From: a virus
Direction: 5' to 3' (one strand)
Virus record (IMG/VR): IMGVR_UViG_3300025655_000022
Coordinates: 1-64,000 of that record
Length of the DNA stretch: 64,000 bases
Shown here: positions 1 through 8,249 of the stretch, in pieces
Numbering within the stretch: position 1 is the first letter of the stretch
Layout of the letters: each line of letters starts with the position of its first letter
The notes under the pieces: generated by a model
The model's input: the letters and a program-made list of their open reading frames with translations, nothing else
Database searches by the model: none
Told to the model about the DNA's origin: nothing
Made by a program: the position numbers and the translations under genes

Positions 1-54
1 TTCGCCTGCACGGCAGTCAAGCATTACATGATAACCCCAATATTCAAACGCCAT
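1..54 (-). CDS. 5' end of a second AdoMet decarboxylase-like protein (runs off window edge)
   Basis: ATG at 54 overlaps the end of the 44..337 gene. Reads MAFEYWGYHVMLDCRAGE, matching the G-x-H-x-x-x-D first strand of prokaryotic AdoMetDC proteins. Only 18 codons are visible. Confidence 0.55.
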   Translation of the reverse strand, partial: MAFEYWGYHVMLDCRAGE

Positions 55-337
55 CGTGTGCTCCTTTTGCTCTGATGAAATCAATATATTTTTGTTCAAT
101 ACATGAACTTAATTCCCAGTAGAATTTATTTTCTTCAGGGAACGTGTGAATCGCAAAATGCGACTCGCTCAAAAGCCATAGAGCTGTCCAGCCAAATGGC
201 TCAAAGGCATGTTCAACATAGTTTAGGACGTTGAATCCTGCTTCATTTAACATACTAGAAAATTCGCTTTCGAGCTGAGAATCGGTTTTATTATCAATTG
301 TTTCCCAACCTTGAGCGTTCCACATTTTCGCTTCCAT
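44..337 (-). CDS. speD: S-adenosylmethionine decarboxylase proenzyme (short)
   Basis: HAFEPFGWTALWLLSESHFAIHTFPE contains the E|SH autocleavage/pyruvoyl site and the HTFPE motif; C-terminal SC. Confidence 0.9.
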   Translation of the reverse strand: MEAKMWNAQGWETIDNKTDSQLESEFSSMLNEAGFNVLNYVEHAFEPFGWTALWLLSESHFAIHTFPEENKFYWELSSCIEQKYIDFIRAKGAHDGV

Positions 338-414
338 TGTTTTTACATCCTTTTATTTCAGAATAAAAAAATCCACACCCCGACGCGAATCGAAATGTAG
401 ACAAAAAGTTATTC

Positions 415-422
415 TATTTATA
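415..422 (-). promoter_or_regulatory. T4-type late promoter-like TATAAATA
   Basis: tatttata on + strand is TATAAATA on -, 78 bp upstream of the speD start. The AT-rich context makes a chance match possible. Confidence 0.4.
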
Positions 423-552
423 TAGAATATTAAAAAGTATTAAAGTATACACATTATTATAAGAAAAAAATTATCAGTTAACGATCCTTTCTGGACAAAT
501 TAAAGTAAATAGCATTGTTAATATTCTTTTAACCTAGGAGGAAACATTAAAA

Positions 553-783
553 ATGAACTATGATTTTGCCACCGTTTTTAACCGTGGTTGGGATACCGTC
601 TTGGCAGAAGCCCAGCACAACAATGAATTCCACGCAGTTAGCCGTGATAAACTTCGTTGCATTATTAATAACAACACCATCGCTCGCTACCCAATTTGGG
701 CAGACTGGGGCGGTATCAAGCGCGATCTAAAGAAAAGTTATGGAGATACAGTAGCAGAAAAACTGCTATATTCAATGATCTAG
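553..783 (+). CDS. hypothetical protein
   Basis: 76-aa ORF with a strong AGGAGG SD at 536-541. Confidence 0.75.
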   Translation: MNYDFATVFNRGWDTVLAEAQHNNEFHAVSRDKLRCIINNNTIARYPIWADWGGIKRDLKKSYGDTVAEKLLYSMI

Positions 784-791
784 CGCATCGT

Positions 792-809
792 TGTTGTAAA
801 AATACGACA
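792..809. promoter_or_regulatory. palindromic operator-like site TGTTGTA-AAAA-TACGACA
   Basis: 7-bp inverted repeat with one mismatch, about 20 bp upstream of the -35 box at 830. Confidence 0.4.
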
Positions 810-829
810 TCAAAATCAACATGTTCGTG

Positions 830-858
830 TTGACATAGGGCTTCTGTGCCATTATAAT
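830..858 (+). promoter_or_regulatory. sigma70 consensus promoter (early)
   Basis: TTGACA 830-835, 17-bp spacer, TATAAT 853-858; upstream of the ATPase gene. Confidence 0.85.
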
Positions 859-933
859 ACAAGGGTAAGTTAACGAAAAATCATAACACTTTCCAGGCAC
901 TTACACTTTACACTCAAAGACAAGGAGCACAAT

Positions 934-2016
934 ATGTCCGAAGGACGCACATTATCCGCCAAAGACGCTAAGACGTCTATTATGCACTGCTTCAACAAGA
1001 AGCGTCCGGTATTCTTATGGGGACCTCCGGGTATCGGTAAGTCAGAGCTTGTAGAAGAAATGACCCAGGACCTTAATGGTTACATGATTGACTTGCGTTT
1101 GAGTCAAATGGAACCCACTGATTTACGTGGTATTCCATTCTATAACAAAGATACCGGTACCATGGACTGGGCTCCACCAATTGATTTGCCTACACAAGAA
1201 CTGGCTAGCCAGTATCCGGTTGTTGTGCTTTTCCTCGATGAGTGCAACTCGGGTGCTCCGAGTGTTATGGCAGCGGCTTACCAGCTCGTACTCAATCGTC
1301 GCATCGGCAACTATCGTTTGCCAGACAATGTTGTGATTGTTGCGGCTGGTAATCGCGAAAGTGACAAAGGTGTTACCTATCGTATGCCGATGCCATTGAG
1401 CAACCGTTTTGTACACTTTGAAATGAAGGTAGACTACGATAGCTGGCTGGACTGGGCTGTTGCCAACAAAATTCACAAAGACGTTGTTGGTTACATTTCG
1501 TTTGCCAAACAAGACTTGTATGACTTCGATAGTAAGTCGAGTTCGCGTGCATTTGCTACGCCACGTTCTTGGACGTTTGTAAGCGAACTTCTTGAAGATA
1601 ACCCAGATGAAAAAACTACTACCAATTTGGTTGCTGGTGCAGTGGGCGAAGGCCTTGCGCTCAAATTTATGGCGCACCGCAAGGTTGCAGGCAAATTGCC
1701 TAAGCCAGAAGACATTCTTGCCGGCAAGGTTAAAGAACTGGAAACCAAGGAAGTATCGGCAATGTATTCTCTGGTAACTAGTATGTGTTATGAACTCAAA
1801 GACGCCGTCGACAAGGGTGTTGATGAAAAATCGTTCCATGTCATGGCTGACAACTTCTTTGGATTTATGATGGATAATTTTGAAGTAGAACTGGTTGTAA
1901 TGGGTGCTCGCGTCGCACTTACCACATATGAACTACCATTCAAACCTACTAAACTCAAGAATTTTGACAAGTTCCACGAAAAGTACGGCAAATACATTTT
2001 AAACGCCAATAACTAA
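934..2016 (+). CDS. MoxR/AAA_5-family AAA+ ATPase
   Basis: Walker A GPPGIGKS, Walker B LFLDE, sensor AAGN, arginine finger LSNRF, TPRSW; SD AAGGAG. Confidence 0.9.
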   Translation: MSEGRTLSAKDAKTSIMHCFNKKRPVFLWGPPGIGKSELVEEMTQDLNGYMIDLRLSQMEPTDLRGIPFYNKDTGTMDWAPPIDLPTQELASQYPVVVLFLDECNSGAPSVMAAAYQLVLNRRIGNYRLPDNVVIVAAGNRESDKGVTYRMPMPLSNRFVHFEMKVDYDSWLDWAVANKIHKDVVGYISFAKQDLYDFDSKSSSRAFATPRSWTFVSELLEDNPDEKTTTNLVAGAVGEGLALKFMAHRKVAGKLPKPEDILAGKVKELETKEVSAMYSLVTSMCYELKDAVDKGVDEKSFHVMADNFFGFMMDNFEVELVVMGARVALTTYELPFKPTKLKNFDKFHEKYGKYILNANN

Positions 2017-2024
2017 AAAGATAT

Positions 2025-2042
2025 TGGGGCATTTTTGCCCCA
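2025..2042 (+). terminator. GC-rich hairpin after the ATPase (possible terminator or processing site)
   Basis: TGGGGCA-TTTT-TGCCCCA perfect 7-bp stem just after the stop; the U-tract is weak. Confidence 0.5.
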
Positions 2043-2050
2043 TTGTCACA

Positions 2051-2079
2051 TTGACTTTTTAACTAAAGTTAAGTATAAT
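2051..2079 (+). promoter_or_regulatory. sigma70 promoter
   Basis: TTGACT 2051-2056, 17-bp spacer, TATAAT 2074-2079. Confidence 0.8.
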
Positions 2080-2113
2080 ATATACATTAGTTAACAAAAA
2101 CGGAGTTCCAAAA

Positions 2114-3364
2114 ATGGCTGCTGGCACGACTCAGAACAAAGAAGACAAGAAGTTTGACAACTTAATTGGACCGACCGATCCTGCTGTCGATCGTGCCAGC
2201 CGCGAAAAACTAATTGGTGCTCGTGTAGGTTTGCTACTTAATTCTCCATTCTTTGGCAATATGGCAACTCGTCTACAGTTAACTAACGCAGACGATTGGT
2301 GTCCTACTGCTGCTACTGACGGACGTAATTTTTATTATAATAGCCGTTTCGTAGAAATGCTCAAAGCCAAAGAACTAGAATTTCTGTTTGGACACGAAGT
2401 GCTGCATTGCTGTTATGACCATTTTGGCCGGCGTGGTGACCGAGATCCGCAGTTATGGAACATTGCAGACGACTATGCAGTAAACTCAGACTTGATTAAA
2501 TCCAAAGTAGGGGTGCGCATTACCACTGTTCCTTGTTTGTACGATCCAAAGTACGAAGGCATGTGTTCTGAAGAAATCTACGACAAGCTCTATGAGAATG
2601 CCGAAAAAATTGATATCAATCAATTACTGGACCAAATGATCGATGAACACCTCGACGGAGACTCCGAAGGTGAAGACGGTAAAGGCAACAGCAAGCCTAA
2701 ACTAAGCAAAGAAGAACGCGACCAGATTCGCGAAGAATTAAAAGAAGCAATGTTAAGTGCTGCTGAACAAGCAGGTGCAGGAAATACTCCTGCAGGTGTA
2801 AAACGTTTAATTAAAACATTTACTGAGCCAAAGATGAACTGGCGCGAACTGTTGCGTCAGCATATTCAGTCAACTATCAAAACCGATTTTAGCTGGATGC
2901 GCCCGGGGCGCAAGACTTGGCACATGGACTCAGTTATGCCTGGCATGACCAATGGCGAAACAACTGATGTTGTAGTTGCCATTGATACTTCTGGATCAAT
3001 TGCGGAATCGATGCTGCGTGACTTTTTAAGTGAAGTTAAAGGTATTATGGAAGAGTTTGAGCAATTCCGCTTGCACTTGTTTACTTTTGATACTGATGTT
3101 TATAATCCTGTGACTTATAGTTCAGAAACACTAGACAACGTAGAAGACTACGATATTCAAGGCTATGGCGGCACTGATTTCACTGCTATTTTTAATTACT
3201 TGAAGAAGGAAGCAATCGAACCACAGCGTCTTGTTGTATTCACCGACGGTTATCCTTGGGGATCTTGGGGAGATCCAGATTATTGCGATACACTTTGGAT
3301 TGTACATGGTACTCGTGATGTAGAAGCACCATTTGGTATTACTGTTTATTATGACGAGCATTGA
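2114..3364 (+). CDS. metallopeptidase-like + vWA domain protein (DUF2201-type MoxR partner)
   Basis: TAATDG and HEVLH (HExxH) in the N-terminal half; MIDAS DTSGS, GGTDF and FTDG in the C-terminal half; adjacent to the MoxR ATPase. Confidence 0.88.
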   Translation: MAAGTTQNKEDKKFDNLIGPTDPAVDRASREKLIGARVGLLLNSPFFGNMATRLQLTNADDWCPTAATDGRNFYYNSRFVEMLKAKELEFLFGHEVLHCCYDHFGRRGDRDPQLWNIADDYAVNSDLIKSKVGVRITTVPCLYDPKYEGMCSEEIYDKLYENAEKIDINQLLDQMIDEHLDGDSEGEDGKGNSKPKLSKEERDQIREELKEAMLSAAEQAGAGNTPAGVKRLIKTFTEPKMNWRELLRQHIQSTIKTDFSWMRPGRKTWHMDSVMPGMTNGETTDVVVAIDTSGSIAESMLRDFLSEVKGIMEEFEQFRLHLFTFDTDVYNPVTYSSETLDNVEDYDIQGYGGTDFTAIFNYLKKEAIEPQRLVVFTDGYPWGSWGDPDYCDTLWIVHGTRDVEAPFGITVYYDEH

Positions 3365-3632
3365 TCCCAGAGATTGGTTTGAAACACGTAGAGTAAGCTG
3401 GATGCCAGCACACTTTGCTCGTGTTAGTATTGACAATGTAGACATTTTTATGCATGGCGAAGCCGAAGTGTGGATTCAAGAAAATACTGCCGGGCGGTAT
3501 AGTGTTGTTACCTGTGCCGTGCGTCAAGGAAATAAACTGTTATCTAAAGTATATGCTGGGTTCGAAGACCCTGCTGAGGCAACATACTTTACTTTAGGTT
3601 TTTTAAGCAAACAAAAAAATAACGGCCATTAA
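3351..3632 (+). CDS. hypothetical phage protein
   Basis: ATG at 3351 overlaps the end of the vWA gene; ends GFEDPAEATYFTLG. Confidence 0.7.
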   Translation: MTSIDPRDWFETRRVSWMPAHFARVSIDNVDIFMHGEAEVWIQENTAGRYSVVTCAVRQGNKLLSKVYAGFEDPAEATYFTLGFLSKQKNNGH

Positions 3633-3677
3633 CTACGCCGTTAAATACACACACGCTATTACACAAGGAGATTTATA

Positions 3678-3950
3678 ATGAGCGAAGAAAATACTGTCGA
3701 AGCTGCTGAAGAATCAGTAGATGCTGCAAACAATGTTGGTCTAAACGTTGGTGATTTAGCAGGTCTACGTCAAATTATTGCTGTTGCTGCACAACGCGGC
3801 GCATTCCGTGCTGAAGAAATGGAGGTTATCGGACGTGTATATAATAAGTTGAATGCTTTCTTGACTAGCCTTGCACCACAAGAAGAAGCAGCAGCAGCAG
3901 AAGAAGAAGCAGTAGAAACTACCGAGGAAACAACCTCCTCAGAGGAATAA
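3678..3950 (+). CDS. hypothetical acidic protein
   Basis: SD AAGGAG; helical core RGAFRAEEM flanked by Glu/Ala-rich tails. Confidence 0.85.
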   Translation: MSEENTVEAAEESVDAANNVGLNVGDLAGLRQIIAVAAQRGAFRAEEMEVIGRVYNKLNAFLTSLAPQEEAAAAEEEAVETTEETTSSEE

Positions 3951-3953
3951 CAT

Positions 3954-4598
3954 ATGTTTTTAAAACACATTGGCAAACATAACGACCGTAAAGTAGTTAT
4001 AATTTACCGCAAAGTACCAGATGAAGGTCATATGGCATTAGTATCATATACAGATAATTTGCCAAGTAATTTTCATGATTCCATCATGGAAAATTTAGAA
4101 AGTCCGGCCGGCCAAGCAGCAGAAGAATTAGCAGACATTCTTTTTAGAAATCTGTTACCCGACGGTCGTTCAATCTTGCAAGCAATGCACGCAGAAGGGT
4201 TTATTAAAAAGGTTCAGACCAATCAGGTGATTTTAACACCAACTGCCAAGAGTAGCGCACGGTTAGATGAAATTAATCAGATTCTCGACGACATGGCCAC
4301 TGGTGAAGATGCTGCTAAAAGAATGAAGGATCTGGATGATAATGCAGGCTTGGTAGACCCAACAGCATTGAAATCTACTGATGTCGTAACCGACGATCCA
4401 ATGAGTGATGCTAGTATCGCAAATGATCTCTTAACACAAAGCCAAAAAATGGCAACTGAAGCCGAGGGGTTACTTGCAGAAAGCAAACGTTTAGAAGCAG
4501 AAGCATATGCAATGAATCCTGCTCTTAAACCAAAACGTGCTACTGCTAAAAAGAAGGCTACGGCAAAGAAGCGTGTTGCTACTAAAGCCAAAGCATAA
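3954..4598 (+). CDS. hypothetical protein with Lys/Ala-rich C-terminal tail
   Basis: 214-aa ORF with GAGG SD; ends KPKRATAKKKATAKKRVATKAKA. Confidence 0.85.
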   Translation: MFLKHIGKHNDRKVVIIYRKVPDEGHMALVSYTDNLPSNFHDSIMENLESPAGQAAEELADILFRNLLPDGRSILQAMHAEGFIKKVQTNQVILTPTAKSSARLDEINQILDDMATGEDAAKRMKDLDDNAGLVDPTALKSTDVVTDDPMSDASIANDLLTQSQKMATEAEGLLAESKRLEAEAYAMNPALKPKRATAKKKATAKKRVATKAKA

Positions 4599-4628
4599 TA
4601 GTAGTCCTCTTTATAATGAGAACAATAA

Positions 4629-4940
4629 ATGTACCTAAGCGAGGACTTCTACGACAGATGGCAACATATAATCGATAACATTGATAAAACTAATGTTCCG
4701 GTTGAATGTATTGAACGACTTGTAATTAAACTTTATGGTGACATTGGGCCTAAGCAAAAAACTGTCAACGTTAGAATGCTTAGAGAAAGCGGTTTAGACC
4801 CAGAAGAAATTGAAATAATTATTTCTAGAACTCTTACTGATTTTCAAGATGATATTCGTAAAGTAGATTTCTTTTTGGATCTAGAAGCTGTTGCTGATAT
4901 TATTCAACCCGAAACAGAACACTTTCTAAAAAATTTATGA
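4629..4940 (+). CDS. hypothetical protein
   Basis: 103 aa; ATGA overlap with DHFR. Confidence 0.8.
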   Translation: MYLSEDFYDRWQHIIDNIDKTNVPVECIERLVIKLYGDIGPKQKTVNVRMLRESGLDPEEIEIIISRTLTDFQDDIRKVDFFLDLEAVADIIQPETEHFLKNL

Positions 4941-5401
4941 AGGCAATTTTCGCAGTTGATGACACAGGTGGATTGGGCAAAGATGGTCACATGCCGTGGC
5001 CTAAAATTTCTGTCGACCTAAAACGATTTAAACAACTCACCGAAAATGGTATTGTTGTTATGGGTCGAGGTACTTGGGAATCTACAGATATGCCTACTCC
5101 TTTGCCCAAGCGTCGCAATGTTGTTATCAGTAGCAGAGACGACTTAGATTTGCCCAATGACGTTATTCATATGTACGATACATCAATGTTACATGCAACA
5201 CCAACAGCATGGATTATTGGTGGTGCCGGATTAATCAATAGTGTGTTTGATGATTTAGATTATATCTTTTTAACACGTGTTCCAGGCGATTATGCTTGTG
5301 ATACGCATGTTGACTTAGATAAGATTTATGAAAACTTTAAGATTGTACACGAAGAGAAGTTTGATGATCACACATTTCAGGTATTAAACAGAAAACAATG
5401 A
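4937..5401 (+). CDS. folA: dihydrofolate reductase
   Basis: GGLGKDGHMPW, DLKRFKQLT, VVMGRGTWES, PLPKRRNVVIS, IIGGA; coupled to thyA. Confidence 0.95.
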   Translation: MKAIFAVDDTGGLGKDGHMPWPKISVDLKRFKQLTENGIVVMGRGTWESTDMPTPLPKRRNVVISSRDDLDLPNDVIHMYDTSMLHATPTAWIIGGAGLINSVFDDLDYIFLTRVPGDYACDTHVDLDKIYENFKIVHEEKFDDHTFQVLNRKQ

Positions 5402-6282
5402 GAGAATATCTAGATGCGCTTGGACACGTATTACGTAATGGACAGGATCGTACCGATCGTACTGGCACTGGGACTCGTAGCATTTTCGGTCTACAAACTC
5501 GTTACAATATTCGTGCCCACTTTCCAGCAGTAACCACCAAACGACTTGCATGGAAGGCAGTTGTATCAGAGTTGTTATGGTTCATCGAAGGGTCGGGTGA
5601 CGAACGCAGGCTGGCAGAGATTCTACACGGCACACGCGATCTAGAAAAGAAAACTATCTGGACAGCTAACGCAGAAGCAGACTATTGGAAACCTAAAGCA
5701 AAATACGACGGCGATTTAGGTCGTGTGTATGGTGTACAATGGCGTGGATGGCGTAAGTTTAATAATTATTCCAATGAATCAGATTTAGAAGTTGGTCACT
5801 ATCAAGAAATAGATCAACTTCAAAACTTAATCAAAGGCATTAAACATGATCCATTTGGTCGCAGACATATTTTAACTGCTTGGAATCCTGGAGAACTAGA
5901 TCAAATGGCACTACCACCATGTCATGTACTAAGCCAATTTTATGTAAGTGATGACGGGGAACTTAGTTGTCAGATGTATCAGCGTTCAGCAGATATGTTT
6001 TTGGGCGTTCCATTTAACATTGCTAGTTATAGTTTGCTCACATACATGATTGCTCAAGTATGCGATTTAACACCAGGCACATTTGTACACACAATTGGTG
6101 ATGCTCACATCTATCTCAATCATCTAGATCAAGTTAAAGAACAATTATCTAGAGAGCAACTGTCACTCCCAACGTTATGGCTTAACCCAGAAATTATAGA
6201 TATCGACAAATTTACAATGGATGACATTCAGCTTCAAAATTACGAATGTCATCCACCTATCAAAGCACCAATGGCGGTATGA
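5398..6282 (+). CDS. thyA: thymidylate synthase
   Basis: DRTGTGT, catalytic LPPCH, YQRSADMFLGVPFNIASY, GDAHIY. Confidence 0.97.
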   Translation: MREYLDALGHVLRNGQDRTDRTGTGTRSIFGLQTRYNIRAHFPAVTTKRLAWKAVVSELLWFIEGSGDERRLAEILHGTRDLEKKTIWTANAEADYWKPKAKYDGDLGRVYGVQWRGWRKFNNYSNESDLEVGHYQEIDQLQNLIKGIKHDPFGRRHILTAWNPGELDQMALPPCHVLSQFYVSDDGELSCQMYQRSADMFLGVPFNIASYSLLTYMIAQVCDLTPGTFVHTIGDAHIYLNHLDQVKEQLSREQLSLPTLWLNPEIIDIDKFTMDDIQLQNYECHPPIKAPMAV

Positions 6283-6289
6283 CATAAAA

Positions 6290-7030
6290 ATGAAAAATCC
6301 TTCTCGTCTGATGTTTGTAGGATTAAATAGATTTTCTGATTTATTTAAAGTGCTCGATTATGACGCAAATTTATCTCCTAATTTTGATCATACATATATT
6401 TTTTGTGGGCCAAATGAGTTAACATTTGATCTTCACAAGGTACTAGTAAATTTAGGGTATAACGGAAATAACTTTACTGTATTCAATGATACTGTATTGT
6501 TTAACCACTTCAAACTATATGACTTAAATATTGATTTTTATAAATTTGGAGGTTGGATCACACAACAATTTATAAAATTATTAGCATTGGATTATATTAA
6601 TGAAGACAGAATGTTAATTCAAGATTGTGATACATTTGCTATCAATAATTATACATATTTTGACGATAGTAGTCCTGTACTATTTTACATCCCAAACCGT
6701 AAACAGTCTCCAGAATACTACAAGTATCTTAAGGATTTTACTAACTTAGAACCATTCGATAATCACTGTTACGTAACTGAATTTATGCCGGTTACATCTA
6801 AATTGTGGAGCAGTCTTAAAAATAAAATTGAATCTATTCATGGCAAATATTGGCTATTAGCAATGTACGATCAGTTTTCTCAAGATTTCATTGGAAATCA
6901 AATTTGGTTTAGTGAATATGAGTTGCTAGCAAATTGGATGTTACATCAAGATAATAGTATTAAAACGTTAGAACAATCAATTATAAGGATTAACGACAGT
7001 CGTCATAACTTCAATTGTGTTGGGTTCTAA
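6290..7030 (+). CDS. putative GT-A-fold nucleotide-sugar transferase (DUF6492-like)
   Basis: GW-x2-QQ-x-IKL followed by DCD (DxD), and FSEYELL. ATG at 6290 chosen to avoid overlap with thyA. Confidence 0.55.
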   Translation: MKNPSRLMFVGLNRFSDLFKVLDYDANLSPNFDHTYIFCGPNELTFDLHKVLVNLGYNGNNFTVFNDTVLFNHFKLYDLNIDFYKFGGWITQQFIKLLALDYINEDRMLIQDCDTFAINNYTYFDDSSPVLFYIPNRKQSPEYYKYLKDFTNLEPFDNHCYVTEFMPVTSKLWSSLKNKIESIHGKYWLLAMYDQFSQDFIGNQIWFSEYELLANWMLHQDNSIKTLEQSIIRINDSRHNFNCVGF

Positions 7031-7051
7031 AACTAAAAATTAAAGAATTTT

Positions 7052-7291
7052 ATGACCCGCATTAAAATTCTAGAATTTAATGTCGGCGATGTGGATAATC
7101 TTGATCTCGTTGCTAACATGATTGTTGAGAGCAAACTTAAAGGCACAGAGCAAGGACAATGGGCTCTTGACAATTCTAAAGATATACGTTATAGTATTTC
7201 AGATCAAGCTGACGGTTTGAGCTACCTTATTCGCGTAGAAGCAGAAGTAGAAGATTCTGCTGCAACTTATTTTAATTTGCGTTGGGGATAA
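7052..7291 (+). CDS. hypothetical phage protein
   Basis: 79 aa; ends ATYFNLRWG; tightly packed in the operon. Confidence 0.75.
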   Translation: MTRIKILEFNVGDVDNLDLVANMIVESKLKGTEQGQWALDNSKDIRYSISDQADGLSYLIRVEAEVEDSAATYFNLRWG

Positions 7292-7292
7292 C

Positions 7293-8249
7293 ATGAGAGC
7301 AATGGTTGTAGGTGGTGCTGGGTTTATTGGGCACCACGTAGTCAAAGAATTACGAGATCTAGGTCACGAATGTATCGTCCTGGATAACTGGACTACATAT
7401 GGCATCTTAGAACCTAAAGCACATCAAAAGTTAATCGATGAACGTATTACATATATGGGTCATCCGACTATGTGTCCGTGGGATATTTCTAGCACTAATC
7501 ATATTAACTCTAGTTTTAACAGACATAAACCAGATGTTGTTATCCACTTAGCAAGTTTTCCACGTGCTAAAATTGTAAACACCAATCCATTAATGGCTCG
7601 TCATACTATGATCGACGGACTAGAAAACCTGTTAACTGCATCAGTTAATACAGGTGTTAAACGTTTTGTTTACATTAGTTCATCTATGGTATATGGTGAT
7701 TTTGAGGGAGGGGTAACCGAAGATGCTCCTTGTAAGCCAGGCAGCATTTATGCTGCCTATAAGCACGCAGGTGAACTATTAACCAAACACTTCGCAGACA
7801 AGCACGACATGGATTATGCTATTGTACGTCCAAGTGCTGTGTATGGTCCTCGTGATGTTGAGGATCGTGTAGTAAGCAAATTCTTTATGAACGCCATCCA
7901 GGATAAACCACTTAATGTAAATGGTGTGAATGAAAAACTAGACTTTTCATTTGTAGAAGATGTAGCGCACGGTATTGTGCTTGCTGCTACGCATCCGCTT
8001 GCGATGAATGAAACATTTAATATCACACGCGGCAAAGAGGACACTATCCTACGTGCTGCCGAACTTGTCAAGGCAATTGTAGGCAAAGGCGATATTAATG
8101 TGCGCGAGCGTGATATGAGTATGCCATCCCGTGGGTACCTAAGCACAGACAAAGCATATCGTTTAATTAACTACGAACCACGTACTAACATAGAACAAGG
8201 ATTCCCCATTTACTATGAGTGGATTCAAAATTCCCTTCTTCGGGCTTGA
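7293..8249 (+). CDS. NAD-dependent NDP-sugar epimerase/dehydratase (extended SDR)
   Basis: GGAGFIG Rossmann motif, SSSMVYG, catalytic YAAYK, VYGP, DFSFVEDVA. Confidence 0.92.
   Translation: MRAMVVGGAGFIGHHVVKELRDLGHECIVLDNWTTYGILEPKAHQKLIDERITYMGHPTMCPWDISSTNHINSSFNRHKPDVVIHLASFPRAKIVNTNPLMARHTMIDGLENLLTASVNTGVKRFVYISSSMVYGDFEGGVTEDAPCKPGSIYAAYKHAGELLTKHFADKHDMDYAIVRPSAVYGPRDVEDRVVSKFFMNAIQDKPLNVNGVNEKLDFSFVEDVAHGIVLAATHPLAMNETFNITRGKEDTILRAAELVKAIVGKGDINVRERDMSMPSRGYLSTDKAYRLINYEPRTNIEQGFPIYYEWIQNSLLRA

Noticed and set aside
3880-3915. GAA/GCA trinucleotide runs as a contingency microsatellite
   Set aside because: They encode an in-frame EEAAAAEEEA low-complexity linker; length changes would not shift the frame.
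5398-6282. Thymidylate synthase as a dCMP hydroxymethylase feeding DNA hypermodification
   Set aside because: It has the dUMP-specific Asn in GVPFNIASY, canonical ThyA motifs and coupling to DHFR, so it looks like an ordinary ThyA. DNA modification by other routes is not excluded.
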